64,000 nt of DNA, from the NCBI GenBank assembly GCA_963707985.1, contig CAVPRW010000039.1, positions 1 through 64,000 on the forward strand, read 5' to 3'. The translations under genes were made by a program, and so were the position numbers. Every line of letters starts with the position of its first letter. Positions within the stretch are counted from its first letter, which is position 1. Origin of the DNA: an uncultured Nitrospinota bacterium. Lineage in GTDB: Bacteria > Tectomicrobia > Entotheonellia > J063 > CAVPRW01. Under the pieces are notes generated by a model. The model was not told the origin of the DNA. It worked only from the letters and a program-made list of their open reading frames with translations, and did no database searches. Shown here piece after piece: positions 62,095 through 64,000 of this stretch.

Positions 62095-62292
62095 GCCAGC
62101 GAAGCCACTGAAGCCTTCCAGCTCTTTACGCAAGAGCGTATTTTGCCGAGTTCCACCCAGATCGTGGAAAGCATTGCGTACTCATAGCATTTTTCATCCG
62201 AAGGCCCGAGACCTTTGCACAGGTAGTCACCAGCCCCAATAGCAGAACTTCGATCGCGCAGGCCATACTGGCAGGTGGGGTCAGTATAATCA

Positions 62293-62838
62293 CTACTGTC
62301 GTTTCATCGCCTCCTGTAGACATGCCTGCCATTCGGCCTCTCTCCCCAGCCCATGGAGATCCCGCCGAATCGCATTCTGCACCAGATTTGACGCATCCGA
62401 ACGGCTACTGGTGATCTGTAGTTCGGTCAGGTAGGCGACCTGGGCAGCTCTCCAGATGACATTCGCTCGGCCGTCGACCGGGCCATCATAGCGTCCGAGC
62501 CAGGCATAGGCCTGCTGATAGCAACGTCGCACGGGGTCCGGTTGGGCTTGTCTCGATTGGTTTCCATCGTCTGAAGGACGCATGTAGACCTTGGTGGTGA
62601 CGATATAGCCTCGGCTTTCCAGACAGTCTGCCTCTCGGTCAGCCCGGACGGCGTCCAGGTCGGCCAGCGGGTCCCAGGCATAATCCTGAGCCGCCCGAGC
62701 TGCGGTAGCGGCGCACTCAGCCCGATCCTTCTCTTGTTCAGCCGACGATTTGGTAGAAGGATCAGGGACGATAATCGACGCACAGCCACCAAGGATCATC
62801 AAGAAAATCAAAGCAATCACTGAGAGATGAACACGCAT
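62293..62838 (-). CDS. putative lipoprotein
   Basis: RBS AGAGGA; lipobox LGGC; EKDRAEC...CLESRGY; YDGPVDG resembles a peptidoglycan-binding motif. Confidence 0.75.
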   Translation of the reverse strand: MRVHLSVIALIFLMILGGCASIIVPDPSTKSSAEQEKDRAECAATAARAAQDYAWDPLADLDAVRADREADCLESRGYIVTTKVYMRPSDDGNQSRQAQPDPVRRCYQQAYAWLGRYDGPVDGRANVIWRAAQVAYLTELQITSSRSDASNLVQNAIRRDLHGLGREAEWQACLQEAMKRQ

Positions 62839-62999
62839 AGTGTGTCAATATCCTCTGGATTGTCGCGGGTGGCCCATCCCATCAACCAGTCCAAGTAGTC
62901 CAACAAGCTGGCCATACACGCGGTGGAAAGCACGGTAAATGGCTGCATGACGTCAGCGAGAGACGGGCCTATGGCAGAATTGGCCGGAGCCAGCTGTCG

Positions 63000-63596
63000 C
63001 TACCGCGTGCGGCTTTCCTGCAAGATGGCCAGGAGCACGTCGTCTTCGATGCGGAGCGCATGTTGATCCGCAATCCTCAGGAGGTCGGTCATCCCCTGCG
63101 TGACCACCGTTGAGGTGATATCCCGCAATACCCTACCCGTAGAGATTTGATAGCCAGCATGGACCAGATATTTAAGTCCCGGGTACGGCCACTCCAGGTT
63201 GACCATGTCTGCTAGCCCTGCCGTCGCCTCCTCGGCTCGCACCTCGATCCAGGTCTGCGCCCATCGCGACCAGCGCTGTAGCTCTGAGGAGGCGCTCGGC
63301 ACCTTGCCGAGGACGTGTAGGTAGCATAGCAATGCCAGTCGCAGTCGTTGCGCATCACTGATAGTCGGCGTAATGCCTTGCTGGATCGGGTCAGCCGTGA
63401 AGGTTCCCTTGATCAGCAGTCCCCCCTGCCATGCCGCTGTAGAGGGGATATCGGACACAGAGCCCTCGAATAGAGCCCCTCCTGGGACAGCTTCGAGGGC
63501 GCCAAAAACGACGGCGACCTCCGGCCTCTTATACACGGTTGCACCCTTGCGAGGGCGGCGTAAATTGCCTTTGACCGCGGCATAGCCCCGAATCAT
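63000..63596 (-). CDS. hypothetical protein (198 aa)
   Basis: Strong RBS AAAGGAGG before ATG 63596; open frame, no recognised motif. Confidence 0.65.
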   Translation of the reverse strand: MIRGYAAVKGNLRRPRKGATVYKRPEVAVVFGALEAVPGGALFEGSVSDIPSTAAWQGGLLIKGTFTADPIQQGITPTISDAQRLRLALLCYLHVLGKVPSASSELQRWSRWAQTWIEVRAEEATAGLADMVNLEWPYPGLKYLVHAGYQISTGRVLRDITSTVVTQGMTDLLRIADQHALRIEDDVLLAILQESRTR

Positions 63597-63723
63597 CGGT
63601 AACCTCCTTTCATCTCTGGTACTGCGGCGATCACGAAGACGATGTGTAGGCCGGCTCAGTCCCGGATGGCATGCAGGCCTGTGTAGCGGTGGATGCGGTG
63701 ACGTGCCCACAGCAGACTCTCGG

Positions 63724-63999
63724 TCAGTGGATTCGTCCAACCCTTACACTATCGCCATCCACCGTCACAGGTTCACCATCCATGGTGTATCTGAGAATAT
63801 CGGGCATGTTGACCACCGCCGGCAAGCCATATGCACGCGCCACAATCGCGCCGTGCGACAGATAGCCACCGGTTTCCATCACCACGGCACTCGCCCGTAC
63901 AAATAACGGCGTCCACCCCGCATCCGTCGGCAGTGCCACGGGGATCTCCCCGACACCGAGCCGAGTCTCCTCATCAGGGTGGCGAATAGGGCCTACCAC
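63724..63999 (-). CDS. C-terminal PEP-utilising mobile (phosphohistidine swivel) domain, partial at window edge
   Basis: TDAGWTPLF..ASAVVMETGGYLSHGAIVARAYGLPAVV...VTVDG. Confidence 0.85.
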   Translation of the reverse strand: MVGPIRHPDEETRLGVGEIPVALPTDAGWTPLFVRASAVVMETGGYLSHGAIVARAYGLPAVVNMPDILRYTMDGEPVTVDGDSVRVGRIH

Positions 64000-64000
64000 G

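Noticed and set aside
1..64000. CRISPR array, cas genes, retron or DGR
   Set aside because: No regularly spaced repeats, cas motifs or intact reverse transcriptase found by inspection.

Overview
GC-rich bacterial accessory region with heavy IS damage and gene decay. The gene content (zinc-ribbon adenylate cyclase-ATPase-TPR protein, solitary ABC binding proteins, amidohydrolase, LLM monooxygenases) resembles Ca. Tectomicrobia/Entotheonella or Rokubacteria-like genomes; this is inference only. 1-4.1 kb: nested IS debris (IS701, IS110, IS3). 4.1-6.8 kb: decayed RHH/XRE regulatory module next to tRNA-Thr(CGT) at 6825-6900 (-). 6.9-21.4 kb: a defence island bracketed by tyrosine recombinases. A 393-aa integrase ends 4 nt from the tRNA 5' end and an atypical 550-aa recombinase sits at the far end. 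The island carries a type 1 BREX operon (brxA-brxB-brxC'-IS-'pglX-DUF433/DUF5615 TA-pglZ-brxL) followed by an EVE-domain gene. BREX is crippled: an IS1-like element replaces most of brxC and pglX, and pglZ has three +1 frameshifts. 22-26.7 kb: more IS debris and fragments. 26.9-42 kb: a putative (hetero)aromatic catabolic cluster, interrupted by a large cyclase and a DUF6932 nucleotidyltransferase TA-like pair; several genes have large internal deletions. 43-58.6 kb: housekeeping and metabolic enzymes, including a fluoroacetate-dehalogenase-like hydrolase, and a histidine kinase/response regulator/cyclase operon. 58.6-64 kb: IS6/IS1/recombinase relics, a TA relic with attC-like sites, a group II intron 3' relic and orphans. 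The most unusual signals are: (i) the tRNA with att-like arms on both sides and an integrase apparently docked at its 5' end; (ii) the pglX-pglZ interval acting as a TA capture site flanked by a duplicated pglX 3' end; (iii) the BREX-linked EVE gene and the atypical large recombinase. No CRISPR array or rRNA was seen.
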